A stretch of DNA of 64,000 bases from Halorutilales archaeon Cl-col2-1 (GCA_041891055.1 CP169074.1:1312001-1376000); one strand, 5' to 3'. Shown: positions 36,200 through 46,678, counted from the stretch's first letter. Notes: generated from the letters alone by a model not told the origin. Numbers and translations are program-made.

Positions 36200-38872
36200 T
36201 CAGTCACTGCGTCCGTGTAGAGCGGTTACGCCTACGACGACGAGGAGAGCCACGATAGCCGCCGGTACTCCGAATCCTGGGAGACCCTCGCCGCCTTCAC
36301 CATCGTCGTCGATTCCGAGCTCTGACCTGAGCTCCTGATTGCGCTGACGTACTGTCTCCGACGTGTTCTTGAGCCTCGCGTTCTCCGACTCCGCAGCCTC
36401 GACACGGCTTTCGAGTCGGGAGTTGGTCTGACTGAGATCCTCGACACGTCTCTGGAGTCTCCGGTTTTCGCCACGGACTGCTTCTATCTGATCCTTTAAG
36501 CTGTCGAGCCTCTGGGAGAGACGTGGTCTCGTCTGGTCGAGTCCCATCTCCCTCTCGCCAACTAGCTCCAACTCAACGGTGTCGGACGAGACTCCGGCGT
36601 TGGCGACTATCTCATAGCTTCCAACTTTGAGTCCATCGGTCTCAACCGTCGTTAGCCAGAAGCCGCGTCCCTTCTGCCATGTGTCGACTACCTCTATGTC
36701 GAACTCGTTCGCAGAGGGGCCGTCGACAGCCTTGATTTCGATGGTGTTCTCGTCGGGATCGAGGTTAGTACTTCCACGTACGACGACCTCCTCACCGACC
36801 TCTATCTCGGGGATACCCTCGACATCGGTGGTCGGTACTGAAGCATTCACAGGGGCGATGTCGTGAATTTCGAGCGAAGGGTCAGTGTAGGAGAAGTCCC
36901 CCGAGTGGACGAGGTCGTCGGAGCCCGTCTCGTTGACCGACTCGGCGAGAACGCGTTCGACGATCTGTGGTCTGTTTGCGTTCGGGAAGACAGTCTCGGC
37001 GTCGTTTATGAGAGAAGTGAGGCTCGACGTGTTCGATGACCGTCCCGAGTGAACACCGAGACCTCCCGAGAATCTTCCGTCACCTATCTCACCGTCACGT
37101 CCCGACGCGATTACGACGAGTTCGAGACGTCCCTGTGAGAATGAGTCGGGTATCTCGATTCTCTCGTCTATACGGTCTCTGGAGCTCAGGAATAGCCTCT
37201 CAGCGTGGGTGGCTCCGAACCTGTCGAAGAGAGCCACAACTACGTCGTCGTTTCCCAGGGCGCTCCCCGAGATATGTACCGAGTCGTCCGAGGTCGACAC
37301 CTCGCCATCAACCGAGTATGTGTCGACTGATAGGCTCGGCTCGACTATCTCGATACTGTGGAAGTCGCTCGTGGCAGTGAAGAACTCGGTGTCGTTGAGG
37401 ACAGTGTAGTTGGAGTACCGCCGCGCGTCGGATGTCTCTATGACGCCTATCGAGTAGGTTCCGGTGTAGCTGAGAATCTCGGAGGCTCTCGGGGTAAGAA
37501 CGTCGGAGTCGTCGGGGTCACTCGGAACAAAACGCTCGACCGACCACGATTCACCCTCGACTAGTGTCTCCGAGAGGAGGTACCAGTCGGACGAGTCCCT
37601 GACATAGACCGAGACCGAACTTATGCTCGAAGATGTAGTTCCGTTCACGTAGGTTCTCTCACCCGGTACGTAGGTCCACGGCTCCTGGATACGTACCTCA
37701 GGCTCGGAGACGTCGAGCGCGGCGGAGTCTATATAGTCGCCCGTCGAGACCTCGTCGAAAGCCTCCGTCTGGGACGAGTTGCCGGCGAAGAGGTAGAAGT
37801 CGACCGACTTGTCCTTGAGAACGCGTGTGTCTATAAGTCCCTCTCCGGTGCTGCCGTCTATTGCTACGGTTGCGACTACGTAGTCGGGAGTCGTCGTGAT
37901 ATTGACGGTTCCGTCCTCGTCGTCGCCAACGAGTTCGAAGACCTCTCTTATGTTATAGCCTTCGGCGATGTCACGCTTCCCGACGGCGACAGAGTGGTAG
38001 ATGCCGTCGTCGGACTCCGTGACAGTGAATCCAACACGTTCGCCCTGTGTAGCAGTGCCGGAGTCGAGTGAGAGCGACGGGTTCTTCTCGGCGACGACGC
38101 TCAACGACTCCGAGGACGACGCGTCACCGAAGGTGAGGTCATCGGAGCCCTCAACTGTAATTTCGTAACTCCCCGTCTCCCATCCGGTGAAGTTGAGACC
38201 CCAGTAAGCGGGGTCGTCTATACCGTGACTCGTTCTTCCGAGACCCTGTGTGCGGTTACTGACATGTTCGGGTTCTCCTGTCGAGACGTTGTAATGGTCA
38301 GTCTCATTTAGCTCGTCTATCTGGGAGTCGGAGAGGTTCTTGTAGTCCTCAACCAGAACAGAATCAGTTATGTCAGTTCCCGCGGGACTGGTTACAGTTA
38401 ACTCGATGTCCTCGGCTTTCATAAAATTCCAGTCCGCCGTGACTAAAACTGCCTCAGTCGTGGCTATTTCACCACCACCTACTGTCCCCATCCCTTCATT
38501 ATAAGTTTCAAACTCCCTCACCTCCGGAGATATTACTTCAGCCTTGTATCCTGTTTCATTCATCCGTTCTGCGTACTTGCCCGTCTCTTGGGCTTGAGGG
38601 ACTGAAGTAGTGATTTCAAACCGTTCTCCTTCAGCAGCTATACCTTCAATACCGTAAAGAACACCTGGAAGATCATCAGGCTTCCAGATTATGTCCTCCT
38701 CGCCTTGAAAAACATCGGTATAAGTTTCATTGTTCAGAGTTATAGTCCGATTTCCGTAGTCCTCATCTGTGAGACCTCTCGACGCCGTAGCCGACCCCGT
38801 GACGACTGTGAGTATAAAAGCCAGAGCCAGACAGACCAGAAGTAGACGTCTCACGTAGGTGGGAGGATTCAT
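36200..38872 (-). CDS. PGF-CTERM cell-surface glycoprotein with coiled-coil stalk
   Basis: Signal peptide, many N-x-S/T sequons, GSTNL domain, heptad region, LPGFG plus TM plus basic tail. Confidence 0.88.
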   Translation of the reverse strand: MNPPTYVRRLLLVCLALAFILTVVTGSATASRGLTDEDYGNRTITLNNETYTDVFQGEEDIIWKPDDLPGVLYGIEGIAAEGERFEITTSVPQAQETGKYAERMNETGYKAEVISPEVREFETYNEGMGTVGGGEIATTEAVLVTADWNFMKAEDIELTVTSPAGTDITDSVLVEDYKNLSDSQIDELNETDHYNVSTGEPEHVSNRTQGLGRTSHGIDDPAYWGLNFTGWETGSYEITVEGSDDLTFGDASSSESLSVVAEKNPSLSLDSGTATQGERVGFTVTESDDGIYHSVAVGKRDIAEGYNIREVFELVGDDEDGTVNITTTPDYVVATVAIDGSTGEGLIDTRVLKDKSVDFYLFAGNSSQTEAFDEVSTGDYIDSAALDVSEPEVRIQEPWTYVPGERTYVNGTTSSSISSVSVYVRDSSDWYLLSETLVEGESWSVERFVPSDPDDSDVLTPRASEILSYTGTYSIGVIETSDARRYSNYTVLNDTEFFTATSDFHSIEIVEPSLSVDTYSVDGEVSTSDDSVHISGSALGNDDVVVALFDRFGATHAERLFLSSRDRIDERIEIPDSFSQGRLELVVIASGRDGEIGDGRFSGGLGVHSGRSSNTSSLTSLINDAETVFPNANRPQIVERVLAESVNETGSDDLVHSGDFSYTDPSLEIHDIAPVNASVPTTDVEGIPEIEVGEEVVVRGSTNLDPDENTIEIKAVDGPSANEFDIEVVDTWQKGRGFWLTTVETDGLKVGSYEIVANAGVSSDTVELELVGEREMGLDQTRPRLSQRLDSLKDQIEAVRGENRRLQRRVEDLSQTNSRLESRVEAAESENARLKNTSETVRQRNQELRSELGIDDDGEGGEGLPGFGVPAAIVALLVVVGVTALHGRSD

Positions 38873-38954
38873 CTCTGAATAAGTAATGTCCACGTTACAG
38901 GACATAAAATCTTACCGCTACGTATCGCTCGAAAGGATAGTGAACTACCCCACC

Positions 38955-40187
38955 CTACTCGCTCACCGCTGGTGCGGTTCGCTCGATGAGGGTAGGGCTT
39001 CCTGTTTCCACGACACGCTTTGCAGACACCGAATCGGTGTCCGTAGGGAGCGCAGTCTCCACAGGCGTTGATTCGGAGTGTCCCACTCCTACATCGTCGA
39101 GACCGCGAGAAAGAATGTTCCACGCCGCATTCGCGTCTCTATCCGTCTCAAACCCACATGACGGGCAGGAATGCTCGCGCACCCATAGCGGTTTGTTCGT
39201 CTCCGTCCCGCACGACGCGCAGTCTTTGGTCGTTCCTCGGGGGTCTACGGCAACGAAGTGCGTTCCCTCCCGCTCGCACTTGTATTCGAGCATCCGAAGG
39301 AATGTTCCCCACGCCGCGCCTGCTCGGTTCCGTGAATTGCCCGGCAGTTCAACCAAGCCCTCCGCGTCCAAGTCCTCGACCGCCACCACGTCGTACTCTC
39401 GGGCGTAATAGTTCGACAATTTGTGGAGGAAATCTCGACGCTTGCGTTTCAGGTCGGCGTGCCGTCGAGCGACCGTCTTGCGCTGTTTCTCCCAATTGTT
39501 CGAGCCGTGTTCCTTCCGCGAGAGGCTACGTTGAGCGCGTTCTAATCGCTCGCGCTCGTCGGAGAAGTCCGGTGACTCGACAGCGGTTCCATCAGTATCG
39601 TGTGCGTACTTGAGAATCCCCACGTCGATTCCAACGACCGTCTCAGGGTTCTCTGGTTTTTCGGGCGTGTCCTTGTCCATGTCGATGCCGAACGTGGCAT
39701 ACCACTCGCCTGTCGGTTCTCGTTTGACCGTGACCTGTTTGATGGTCGCGTTCTCGGGAATGTCTCGGTGGAGGTGAATCGGAATATCACCAATCTTACT
39801 CAACCACAGGACAGGCCGACCACTCGTATTCTTGAGTTTGAAGCCGGACTGATTGTAGGTGAGAGACCGATACTCCCGAGGCGGTTTCCACTTGAGTTTC
39901 CCCACGGCACGTCCGTTCTCCTTCTGTGCTTTGAGCGTGGAGAGGTTGTCGTAGACGCGCTTGACAACCATCTGGAGAACTTTCGAGTGAACATCGCTCA
40001 GGTCGTCCCACCACTCTTTGAGGTCAGGAAGCGTGTCCTGTACCTCGTATCGGGCGGGAATGTCGTCTGCCTCGTTGAATTTGTAGAGGACGTGATTGTA
40101 CAGTTGCCTACAAGTATCGACGTGGTGCAGAAGTGTCTCGGTGAGGGCTTCTGGCGGGTTGAGTCGATACTTGTAGTTGTAATGCAT
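38955..40187 (-). CDS. tnpB: TnpB RNA-guided endonuclease
   Basis: YKYRL, GIDVG, VEDL, DRDANA, CASC/CPSC. Confidence 0.95.
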   Translation of the reverse strand: MHYNYKYRLNPPEALTETLLHHVDTCRQLYNHVLYKFNEADDIPARYEVQDTLPDLKEWWDDLSDVHSKVLQMVVKRVYDNLSTLKAQKENGRAVGKLKWKPPREYRSLTYNQSGFKLKNTSGRPVLWLSKIGDIPIHLHRDIPENATIKQVTVKREPTGEWYATFGIDMDKDTPEKPENPETVVGIDVGILKYAHDTDGTAVESPDFSDERERLERAQRSLSRKEHGSNNWEKQRKTVARRHADLKRKRRDFLHKLSNYYAREYDVVAVEDLDAEGLVELPGNSRNRAGAAWGTFLRMLEYKCEREGTHFVAVDPRGTTKDCASCGTETNKPLWVREHSCPSCGFETDRDANAAWNILSRGLDDVGVGHSESTPVETALPTDTDSVSAKRVVETGSPTLIERTAPAVSE

Positions 40188-40313
40188 CTATGACTCTCTT
40201 TCTTCGATGAGTTCGTCCAGTTTCTCTTGGACGAACGAAGAGAGATTCAGATGGTTGTCCTGAATCCACTCCTCTTGGTCGTCACGGATGGAGATGTTCT
40301 TTCGCGTTGCCAC
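40188..40313 (-). CDS. 41-aa ribbon-helix-helix-like protein inside IS element 2
   Basis: Manual translation MATRKNISIRDDQEEWIQDNHLNLSSFVQEKLDELIEERES; its TAG abuts the tnpB ATG. Confidence 0.65.
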   Translation of the reverse strand: MATRKNISIRDDQEEWIQDNHLNLSSFVQEKLDELIEERES

Positions 40314-40501
40314 ACTATACTTTACACAAGTTGTGTAAATAAGGGTTGTGGTTGACGTGGGCATGTGGGCCAGTCGTCGCGGAGTGTTTGGAAGACGATG
40401 ACGGGCGTCGTCAGATTCCGACAGAATCTGACTGTCAATCAGAAATAGGAGATTTCTGATGACGCTGTATCCCCTCCCTACTGTGCTACTCGGCCTTCGG
40501 C

Positions 40502-40532
<31 letters not shown>

Positions 40533-40575
40533 GCCTGAAAACAGTTAAGTCTGTGCTCCGTCTAACCCGTGACGG

Positions 40576-41547
40576 ATGGACGAACGTGACACGACTCGGC
40601 GCGGCTTTCTCGTCTCTGTGGGAGCCGCAGTAGCAGTCTCGGGAGCCGGCTGTCTCGGGAACGAGGAAGAAGGGAGCTCCGATGAGACAGGTGCACCGGG
40701 TATAGGTGGAGGAGGGAACGACACCGAATCCGAGACTGAAACCGAGACAGAGAACGGGGAGTCAGAGACAGAAGGTGAGACTGGAGACGGCACCGGGACG
40801 GACAGAGGAGAAAGCGAGACAGTGAGACCCGACGCGGATGTGACTGTCGTCGACGAGACAGTCGGTATCTACGGAAACACAGTATTCGGAGAGGTCGAGA
40901 ACACGGGGTCGACTCCCGTTGTCGGCTCGAGCATTGAGGTTAGCGCGGAGACTCTAGACGACTACTTCGCCGAGAGTCTCGTGAGCGGTGACACCGACCT
41001 CGAAGATATCTATCTCGAACCGGGAGACAGGCTGCCTTTCGACCTCAGTGTGGGTCTCGACATGGAGTTCGAGGACGCGGCACGTGAGGCGGAGGACAGG
41101 ATACGTGCTGCGTCATCACGTGCCGAACACGCTCGGAGGATAGCCCAGTACCTTGACATGGGAACACGTCATTCTCCTACGTCTGAGCGTGAGACGCCCA
41201 ACCCGGAGGACGTGAGACAGACTCTCTCCGAACTCAACGACTCTGTGGAGATGAGAGCCTCAGTAAACGACAACGGATACTACATCGACAAGGACGCCGA
41301 CTCGGACGCCGAGATAAGGCTCTCGGTAAGTAACACGACTTCGAGGAGTGTCGAGAACTTCGGGGTTCTGATTCTTCTCAGGGAGACGGGTGAGTATCCG
41401 CGTGTTGTCGACTTCACGTTTATGAAGAGAAGCCTCGATCCTAGTGAGTCGGAAGTTCTGTCACACACATTCGATCAGAGAAATACGGCGGTGAGACAGC
41501 CCGAGATACGTCTCACGGTGTACACCGACACACAGATCAGTGACTGA
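40576..41547 (+). CDS. Tat-exported lipoprotein
   Basis: TRRGFL...GAGC lipobox, ET-rich linker, GEVENTG. Confidence 0.8.
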   Translation: MDERDTTRRGFLVSVGAAVAVSGAGCLGNEEEGSSDETGAPGIGGGGNDTESETETETENGESETEGETGDGTGTDRGESETVRPDADVTVVDETVGIYGNTVFGEVENTGSTPVVGSSIEVSAETLDDYFAESLVSGDTDLEDIYLEPGDRLPFDLSVGLDMEFEDAAREAEDRIRAASSRAEHARRIAQYLDMGTRHSPTSERETPNPEDVRQTLSELNDSVEMRASVNDNGYYIDKDADSDAEIRLSVSNTTSRSVENFGVLILLRETGEYPRVVDFTFMKRSLDPSESEVLSHTFDQRNTAVRQPEIRLTVYTDTQISD

Positions 41548-41564
41548 ACTGAATACCATCAGTC

Positions 41565-41837
41565 TCAGTCTCTGGCTCCGACAAACTTGTATGTGTACGG
41601 ACTCGTCTCACGTATTACGAGATCGGGATGGCTCTGATTCGATCCGAGTATGGTCGCGATCTTGTGCGAACTCGAAATCTCGATACGGCTGTCAGTGTTC
41701 GCGTTGACCACCTCAAGAATCTGTCTCGCCGTAAGCTCCTCGCCCGTGAGATCCTCGTCGTACACGATCTTACGGATTGTCTCGAAGTTCGGGCTCGTGT
41801 TGTTCGAGCCTGAACCCGTGACACTCATGTCGGGCAT
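41565..41837 (-). CDS. Small hypothetical (wHTH-like) protein
   Basis: ELTARQILE...SSHKIATILG. Confidence 0.55.
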   Translation of the reverse strand: MPDMSVTGSGSNNTSPNFETIRKIVYDEDLTGEELTARQILEVVNANTDSRIEISSSHKIATILGSNQSHPDLVIRETSPYTYKFVGARD

Positions 41838-41952
41838 CGAAAGCCTATTAGTACCGGTTACACTTATACCTATGTCAGACTACTGTCACACAACGTGAAA
41901 AGCTATATTCGAGTGTGGTGTACGGTGTAAAACCAGATATTATTAAACTATT

Positions 41953-42408
41953 CTACTCGTAGACCCACGTCTCGTCGATTCTCTCGTACTCCTCGATCTC
42001 GTCTTCGTCGAAGTAAATCGATATCTCTCTCTCGGCGCTCTCGGGCGAGTCTGCGGCGTGTACGCAGTTACGTCCTATGTCGAGGGCGTAGTCTCCACGT
42101 ATCGTTCCGGGAGACGCCTCGGCTGGGTCGGTCGCACCTATCATCTTTCTCACGATGTCTATGGCGTCGTCGCCCTCGACAACCATAGGGACGGCGGGTC
42201 CGCTCGTGATGAACTCGACGAGGTCGTCGTAGAAGGGCTTGTCCTCGTGCTCGGCGTAATGCTGTTCACCCTGTTCCTGCGAGGGGGTCAGAACCTTCAT
42301 CGCGGCTATCTTGAGACCGCGTTCCTCGACCCTCGAAATCACCTCGCCGACAAGACCGCGCTGGAAGGCGTCGGGCTTGACCATCAGGAAGGTCTGTTGG
42401 CGCGCCAT
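41953..42408 (-). CDS. ndk: Nucleoside-diphosphate kinase
   Basis: [26 protein letters not shown]. Confidence 0.97.
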   Translation of the reverse strand: MARQQTFLMVKPDAFQRGLVGEVISRVEERGLKIAAMKVLTPSQEQGEQHYAEHEDKPFYDDLVEFITSGPAVPMVVEGDDAIDIVRKMIGATDPAEASPGTIRGDYALDIGRNCVHAADSPESAEREISIYFDEDEIEEYERIDETWVYE

Positions 42409-42591
42409 CTACGTCTGAGCCTCCTCCTCGGTCGAAGTCCACTCTACGTCGCGCGAGACCCTTATCTCGGCGTTCTTCTCACACTTCGACGAGCAGAACC
42501 TGAGTATCTCGCCGTCGTTCTTCACGAACATTATGCCCGTCCCGGGCTCTATCTCGGAGCCACAGAACGTGCAGTCGTGTGTCTCTACCAT
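42409..42591 (-). CDS. rpl24e: 50S ribosomal protein L24e
   Basis: CTFCG.IEPGTG...FCSSKC...WT. Confidence 0.96.
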   Translation of the reverse strand: MVETHDCTFCGSEIEPGTGIMFVKNDGEILRFCSSKCEKNAEIRVSRDVEWTSTEEEAQT

Positions 42592-42601
42592 TATGATCCC
42601 T

Positions 42602-42964
42602 CTATCTCAGGTTCTCTATGTCCTCGGCGACGCTCTCGACGTCGTCCTCGGCGTTTCCTGCGTCGACTACGGCGGCAGAGGCGCTTCCGACCTCAAGACC
42701 CGCAGCGTATCCGACGTCGTCCTGGTTCTCGATATAGACGTAAGGCACGTCCTTCTCGTCACACAGAGCCGGAAGATGCATAACGACCTCCTCGGGCTGG
42801 ACATCCTCGGCTATCACGACGAGATCTGCCTCGCCTCTCTCGACAGCCTTCGTGGTCTCGTTGGTGCCCTTACGTATGCTGCCCGTGTCTCTGGCTACCT
42901 CTACAGCCTCTAGTGCTTTCTCCTGCAGTTCCTCTGGTACATCGAAGTTTACGTATACTGACAT
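42602..42964 (-). CDS. rpl7ae: 50S ribosomal protein L7Ae
   Basis: [27 protein letters not shown]. Confidence 0.97.
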   Translation of the reverse strand: MSVYVNFDVPEELQEKALEAVEVARDTGSIRKGTNETTKAVERGEADLVVIAEDVQPEEVVMHLPALCDEKDVPYVYIENQDDVGYAAGLEVGSASAAVVDAGNAEDDVESVAEDIENLR

Positions 42965-43037
42965 TTTTTACCTCGTTCCGCGCAAGAAGCGCGTCATTAC
43001 TTTGTTGTCTATAGAGCTATGCTGGTTATATACTCTG

Positions 43038-43592
43038 TTATCTCGCTGCCTCGGCGACGCGTTCCTTCTCCTCCTTCTTGCTCACGGAGGAACACTGAAC
43101 GTCGTAGTCGGCGGCGTCTATTATCTCGCGGGCTAAGACGTCGCTCGCGTCGGTCTTAGACTTGTAGCTTCCGTTAGCTACCGCGTCGGCTATGAACATC
43201 AGAGCCTGGTCGACACGTCTCTGGGGTGCGACATCGACTGCCTTAGGAACCGAGATTCCACCGTACTTGAGCCTCACGGTCTCCTCGCGGGGTCCTGCGT
43301 TCTCTATGGCGTAGACGAGAAGCTGTGCAGGGTTCTCACCCGTCTCCTCGTGTATCTTGTCGAAGGCGTCACGGACGATCTTGAGAGTCTTCTGTTTCTT
43401 CCCCGTGTTAGTCTGTGTCTGCATCAGACGGTTGGCGAGACGCTCGACAGCCGAGACCTCCCTCTTCGCGAACTGCTTGTTGGCGTGCTGACCCATCGTG
43501 TTCGCGACGGGGGTTATGTTGATGTAGGGCTCGGTCGACCTGTCACTGTACTCTATCTCGTCGACGTCCCATTTGCCGAATAGCTGCGCCAT
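43038..43592 (-). CDS. rps7: 30S ribosomal protein S7
   Basis: LFGKW, ENAGPREE, AVDVAPQRRVD, KEEKERVAEAAR. Confidence 0.97.
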   Translation of the reverse strand: MAQLFGKWDVDEIEYSDRSTEPYINITPVANTMGQHANKQFAKREVSAVERLANRLMQTQTNTGKKQKTLKIVRDAFDKIHEETGENPAQLLVYAIENAGPREETVRLKYGGISVPKAVDVAPQRRVDQALMFIADAVANGSYKSKTDASDVLAREIIDAADYDVQCSSVSKKEEKERVAEAAR

Positions 43593-43593
43593 G

Positions 43594-44022
43594 CTATCTC
43601 ACCGGCTTCTCCTTGTTTCCTCTCACCATCTCTATGAGAGCTACGCCGTTGACCTTGGTGACCTTGTACTTGACACCAGAGAGGTCACCCATCGCACCAC
43701 CACGAGAGCCACCGATTCCCGCTATAGTGACCTCGTCGTGCTCGTCTATGAAGTCTATCGCGCCGTCACCCGGTGCGAAAGCCGTGACCTGCTTGCCGTT
43801 CTTGATAAGCTGGACACGGACACATTTCCTTATAGCCGAGTTGGGCTGTTTCGCCTCTATTCCGACCTTCTCGAGTACGATACCCTTAGCCTGGGGTGCT
43901 CCACCGAGGGGATCGCTCTTCTCCCTCAGACCGCGCGCGCGGCGGGCGTACTTCGAGTCGCTCCACCGCTGATTCTGGCGGTCTTTCTTCATCTTACGTG
44001 CCGCGTATTTACCGTTACCCAT
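43594..44022 (-). CDS. rps12: 30S ribosomal protein S12
   Basis: [22 protein letters not shown]. Confidence 0.98.
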   Translation of the reverse strand: MGNGKYAARKMKKDRQNQRWSDSKYARRARGLREKSDPLGGAPQAKGIVLEKVGIEAKQPNSAIRKCVRVQLIKNGKQVTAFAPGDGAIDFIDEHDEVTIAGIGGSRGGAMGDLSGVKYKVTKVNGVALIEMVRGNKEKPVR

Positions 44023-44090
44023 GGTTATACGACCTACTTAGGCTAACCATATAAGAGAAACGGTTCTGGGCAAGAAGGCGACGTAACGTC

Positions 44091-44819
44091 TTAGCCACCC
44101 TTAGTGAAGACTATCACGAGGGCTAAGGCGACTCCCGAAAGCAGGGCTAGAGTCGAGTGTGGCTTCTCGTGTTCCATAGCCTCGGGAAGGAGATGTGACG
44201 CCGAGACGTAGAGGAGAACCCCCGATACGAAGCCGAGCATCAGACCCAGGCTACCCTTACCGAGCGCGCTGACGAAGGGATACGCGATGAAGGCTCCTAT
44301 GGGTGTCGTGAGTGCTGCTATAAGGAAGGCGTAGACACCCGCAAGTCTCTCACTCATTCCTCCTTTTATGAGGACGAGGAAGGTTATGACGCCCTCAGCG
44401 AACTCGTGTACGACGAGTCCGGTTCCCGCGAGTACACCCGTGAGGACGCTGACCTGGAAGGTGACGGTGTAGACGACGCCATCGACGAGAGAATGTATTC
44501 CGATCCCCTGTGCGGCTGTGACGCCGAAGGCGAGTGTCTCCTCCCCCGTGAGGTGCTTTATGACCTTGTTCGAGAAGAACATGAAGAGGAATCCACCGAC
44601 TGCGGTGAAGCCCGCCTGTGAGCTCTGACTCAGAGCGTTTGGGAGTGCGAGTACGAGAGGAGTAGTTATGAGGACGCCCGCGGCGAAACACATGAAGTAG
44701 GTCTTCGACCTCTCCGCCCAGTCCTTGTAGCGGTATATCGCGAGTATGCCCACCGAGTTGACCGCCATCGCCGCGACACCGAAGAGGGCTATCCACGTGA
44801 AGGTGTCTATATCCGCCAT
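44091..44819 (-). CDS. ZIP family metal transporter
   Basis: FAAGVL, HSLVDG, HEFAEG, GVLLYV..HLLPEA. Confidence 0.9.
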   Translation of the reverse strand: MADIDTFTWIALFGVAAMAVNSVGILAIYRYKDWAERSKTYFMCFAAGVLITTPLVLALPNALSQSSQAGFTAVGGFLFMFFSNKVIKHLTGEETLAFGVTAAQGIGIHSLVDGVVYTVTFQVSVLTGVLAGTGLVVHEFAEGVITFLVLIKGGMSERLAGVYAFLIAALTTPIGAFIAYPFVSALGKGSLGLMLGFVSGVLLYVSASHLLPEAMEHEKPHSTLALLSGVALALVIVFTKGG

Positions 44820-44828
44820 TTTTACGAC

Positions 44829-45119
44829 CTATGAGCCGTCGACCCTTAGATACTCCGAGAGACACGACTCGAATCTCTCCTTGACGTTGTCGTCGGCATC
44901 GGGCTTGATCCTGAGCTTAATCTCGTTCTTCCCGAGGTTCGTGGTGACGACTACATCGGGAGTCTCCATCCGCAGAAGAGACGAGCCTTCCCCGAGAGGT
45001 CTCTCAATCTCTCCCACGGGTTCGAGACAGTCACGTATCTCCTCGGTGACCGGCTCGTGGGTCTCGTAGACGTAAGCCGTGTCGTCGCCGCACGTCCTCA
45101 TCTCTCGGGGATCGAACAT
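44829..45119 (-). CDS. Hypothetical protein
   Basis: 96-aa acidic ORF in an operon, with 3-9 bp gaps to its neighbours. Confidence 0.65.
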   Translation of the reverse strand: MFDPREMRTCGDDTAYVYETHEPVTEEIRDCLEPVGEIERPLGEGSSLLRMETPDVVVTTNLGKNEIKLRIKPDADDNVKERFESCLSEYLRVDGS

Positions 45120-45122
45120 CTT

Positions 45123-46358
45123 CTACTTCTCGACTATTATCTCGGAGTAGTCGTCGCCCATAGCGACACACGACGTCTGTTTCGCCGTGAATCCGGCTTC
45201 CTTGTCGCTGAAGAGATCCGCGTAGAAGGAGTCGTCGAGCTCTGGCTCCTCAGTTATGTCTCCGTGGTAGAGGAGGTTCATGACCGAGGACGCGACCCCC
45301 TGTGCGAGGTAGTCTACGGGATGGTCGGACTCGCCGAACCACTTGAGATGTCCGACCGACTCGTAGGGCTCGTAGACGTGGACGACGAGTCGCTCACCCG
45401 GGACGAGTTCGTCGACTCTCCAGACGCCCCAGCCGAGAGCGTTTATGACGGCTACGATGCCGTGTAGCCAGTCGTCACGCGTCTCGATCATCGGCTCGAC
45501 GACAGCCTTCCACTCCTCCGACTTCATTATGCCTCCCATCGTGTTGAAGCCACAGATATGTCCCGCCTCTACGAGCATGTCGGTCGCGATCTCGACGGTT
45601 CCCGCCTGGTCAAGGAGTGCGTTCTCGAAACGGAACGAGAGCTTGTTGTAGTAGTCGGCGAATCCCCACGTGAGTTCGACGCCGAAGTAGGGTATGAGAC
45701 CCGAGTCGTTCCCTGAGACGCCGAGGCTGAGTACGTTCTCGACGACCTCTTCCTCGTCGACCGAGCTCTCGACCTGTCTCTCGGGGGGCTCAGCGAGATC
45801 TGGTAGGGAGTTAGAAGAGGTCTTGTCAAGCCAGTCGTAGCTCGCCGACTCGTCGACGGTGTACTCAGAGACGCCGTCTCCGAGTGAGATAGAGCTCTCG
45901 TGTCCCAGGTCGAAGCCGTCGGCGACACCCGCTGCCTTGAGAGTTCCCGCTATGAACCCCTTGTCGAAGTACTCGGCGGGGTCTTCCCTCTCGCCGACGT
46001 TGAGCTTCGAAGCCCTCGCGTAATGGGAGTTACGGCTCACGACCTTCCCCGAACCGATGTCCGAGAAGTCGACTGTGCCGTGTCCCGTGAATCTGAAGAC
46101 CTCCTCGGCGAACTCTAGTGCCTCGTCGCTTGAGGCGTCGTTACGGTCAACGTACTCCGAGACGAGTAGGTATGCGGTCTCAGCCGCCGACTGGAGAAAG
46201 ACCCTCTCCGAGTCGATGTAGTTGGGATCCTCTATATACTGGTGTAGAGAGCGGTTGTAATGGTTACAGTGGGCGAGCACGGGCTGTCTCTCTATCTCGG
46301 CGCGTCCCCTCTGTGTGTCGTAGTCGATACCAGGCTCCGTGTCTGTCATCGGAACCAC
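45123..46358 (-). CDS. Tandem V4R-like domain protein
   Basis: Two repeats with G.G (TGHG, LGWG), FDKGFIAG / YLAQG, and C..MGD; HCNHYN and GHICG motifs. Confidence 0.6.
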   Translation of the reverse strand: MVPMTDTEPGIDYDTQRGRAEIERQPVLAHCNHYNRSLHQYIEDPNYIDSERVFLQSAAETAYLLVSEYVDRNDASSDEALEFAEEVFRFTGHGTVDFSDIGSGKVVSRNSHYARASKLNVGEREDPAEYFDKGFIAGTLKAAGVADGFDLGHESSISLGDGVSEYTVDESASYDWLDKTSSNSLPDLAEPPERQVESSVDEEEVVENVLSLGVSGNDSGLIPYFGVELTWGFADYYNKLSFRFENALLDQAGTVEIATDMLVEAGHICGFNTMGGIMKSEEWKAVVEPMIETRDDWLHGIVAVINALGWGVWRVDELVPGERLVVHVYEPYESVGHLKWFGESDHPVDYLAQGVASSVMNLLYHGDITEEPELDDSFYADLFSDKEAGFTAKQTSCVAMGDDYSEIIVEK

Positions 46359-46624
46359 CCCAGGACTCTGTCGAGAAAACTGTCGGCGAGCTCAGACTCG
46401 CCCTCGCCACCACCCGCTCTCTTCTCGAACTCCTCACCCGTTATCTCCTCAGCCGCCTTCCTCACAGCCTCGTACTCGTCGTCTGAGACCGTGTCGTTTT
46501 CGCCTATCGACCCGAGGTCGACGCCCGTCTTGAGCTGTATCCTGCCGTACGCCTTCCAAGGGGGCTCGTCGCTCGGATACGCCTCCTCTATCTCAGTCTT
46601 GAGACGGTAAATGTCAGAAGCCAT
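46346..46624 (-). CDS. Small hypothetical protein
   Basis: 92-aa ORF overlapping the V4R gene start. Confidence 0.65.
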   Translation of the reverse strand: MASDIYRLKTEIEEAYPSDEPPWKAYGRIQLKTGVDLGSIGENDTVSDDEYEAVRKAAEEITGEEFEKRAGGGEGESELADSFLDRVLGWFR

Positions 46625-46678
46625 CTTATCTATCTACGTATATCACGCCTCAGAATTAGCTCTTTGGGTTGACTATAT

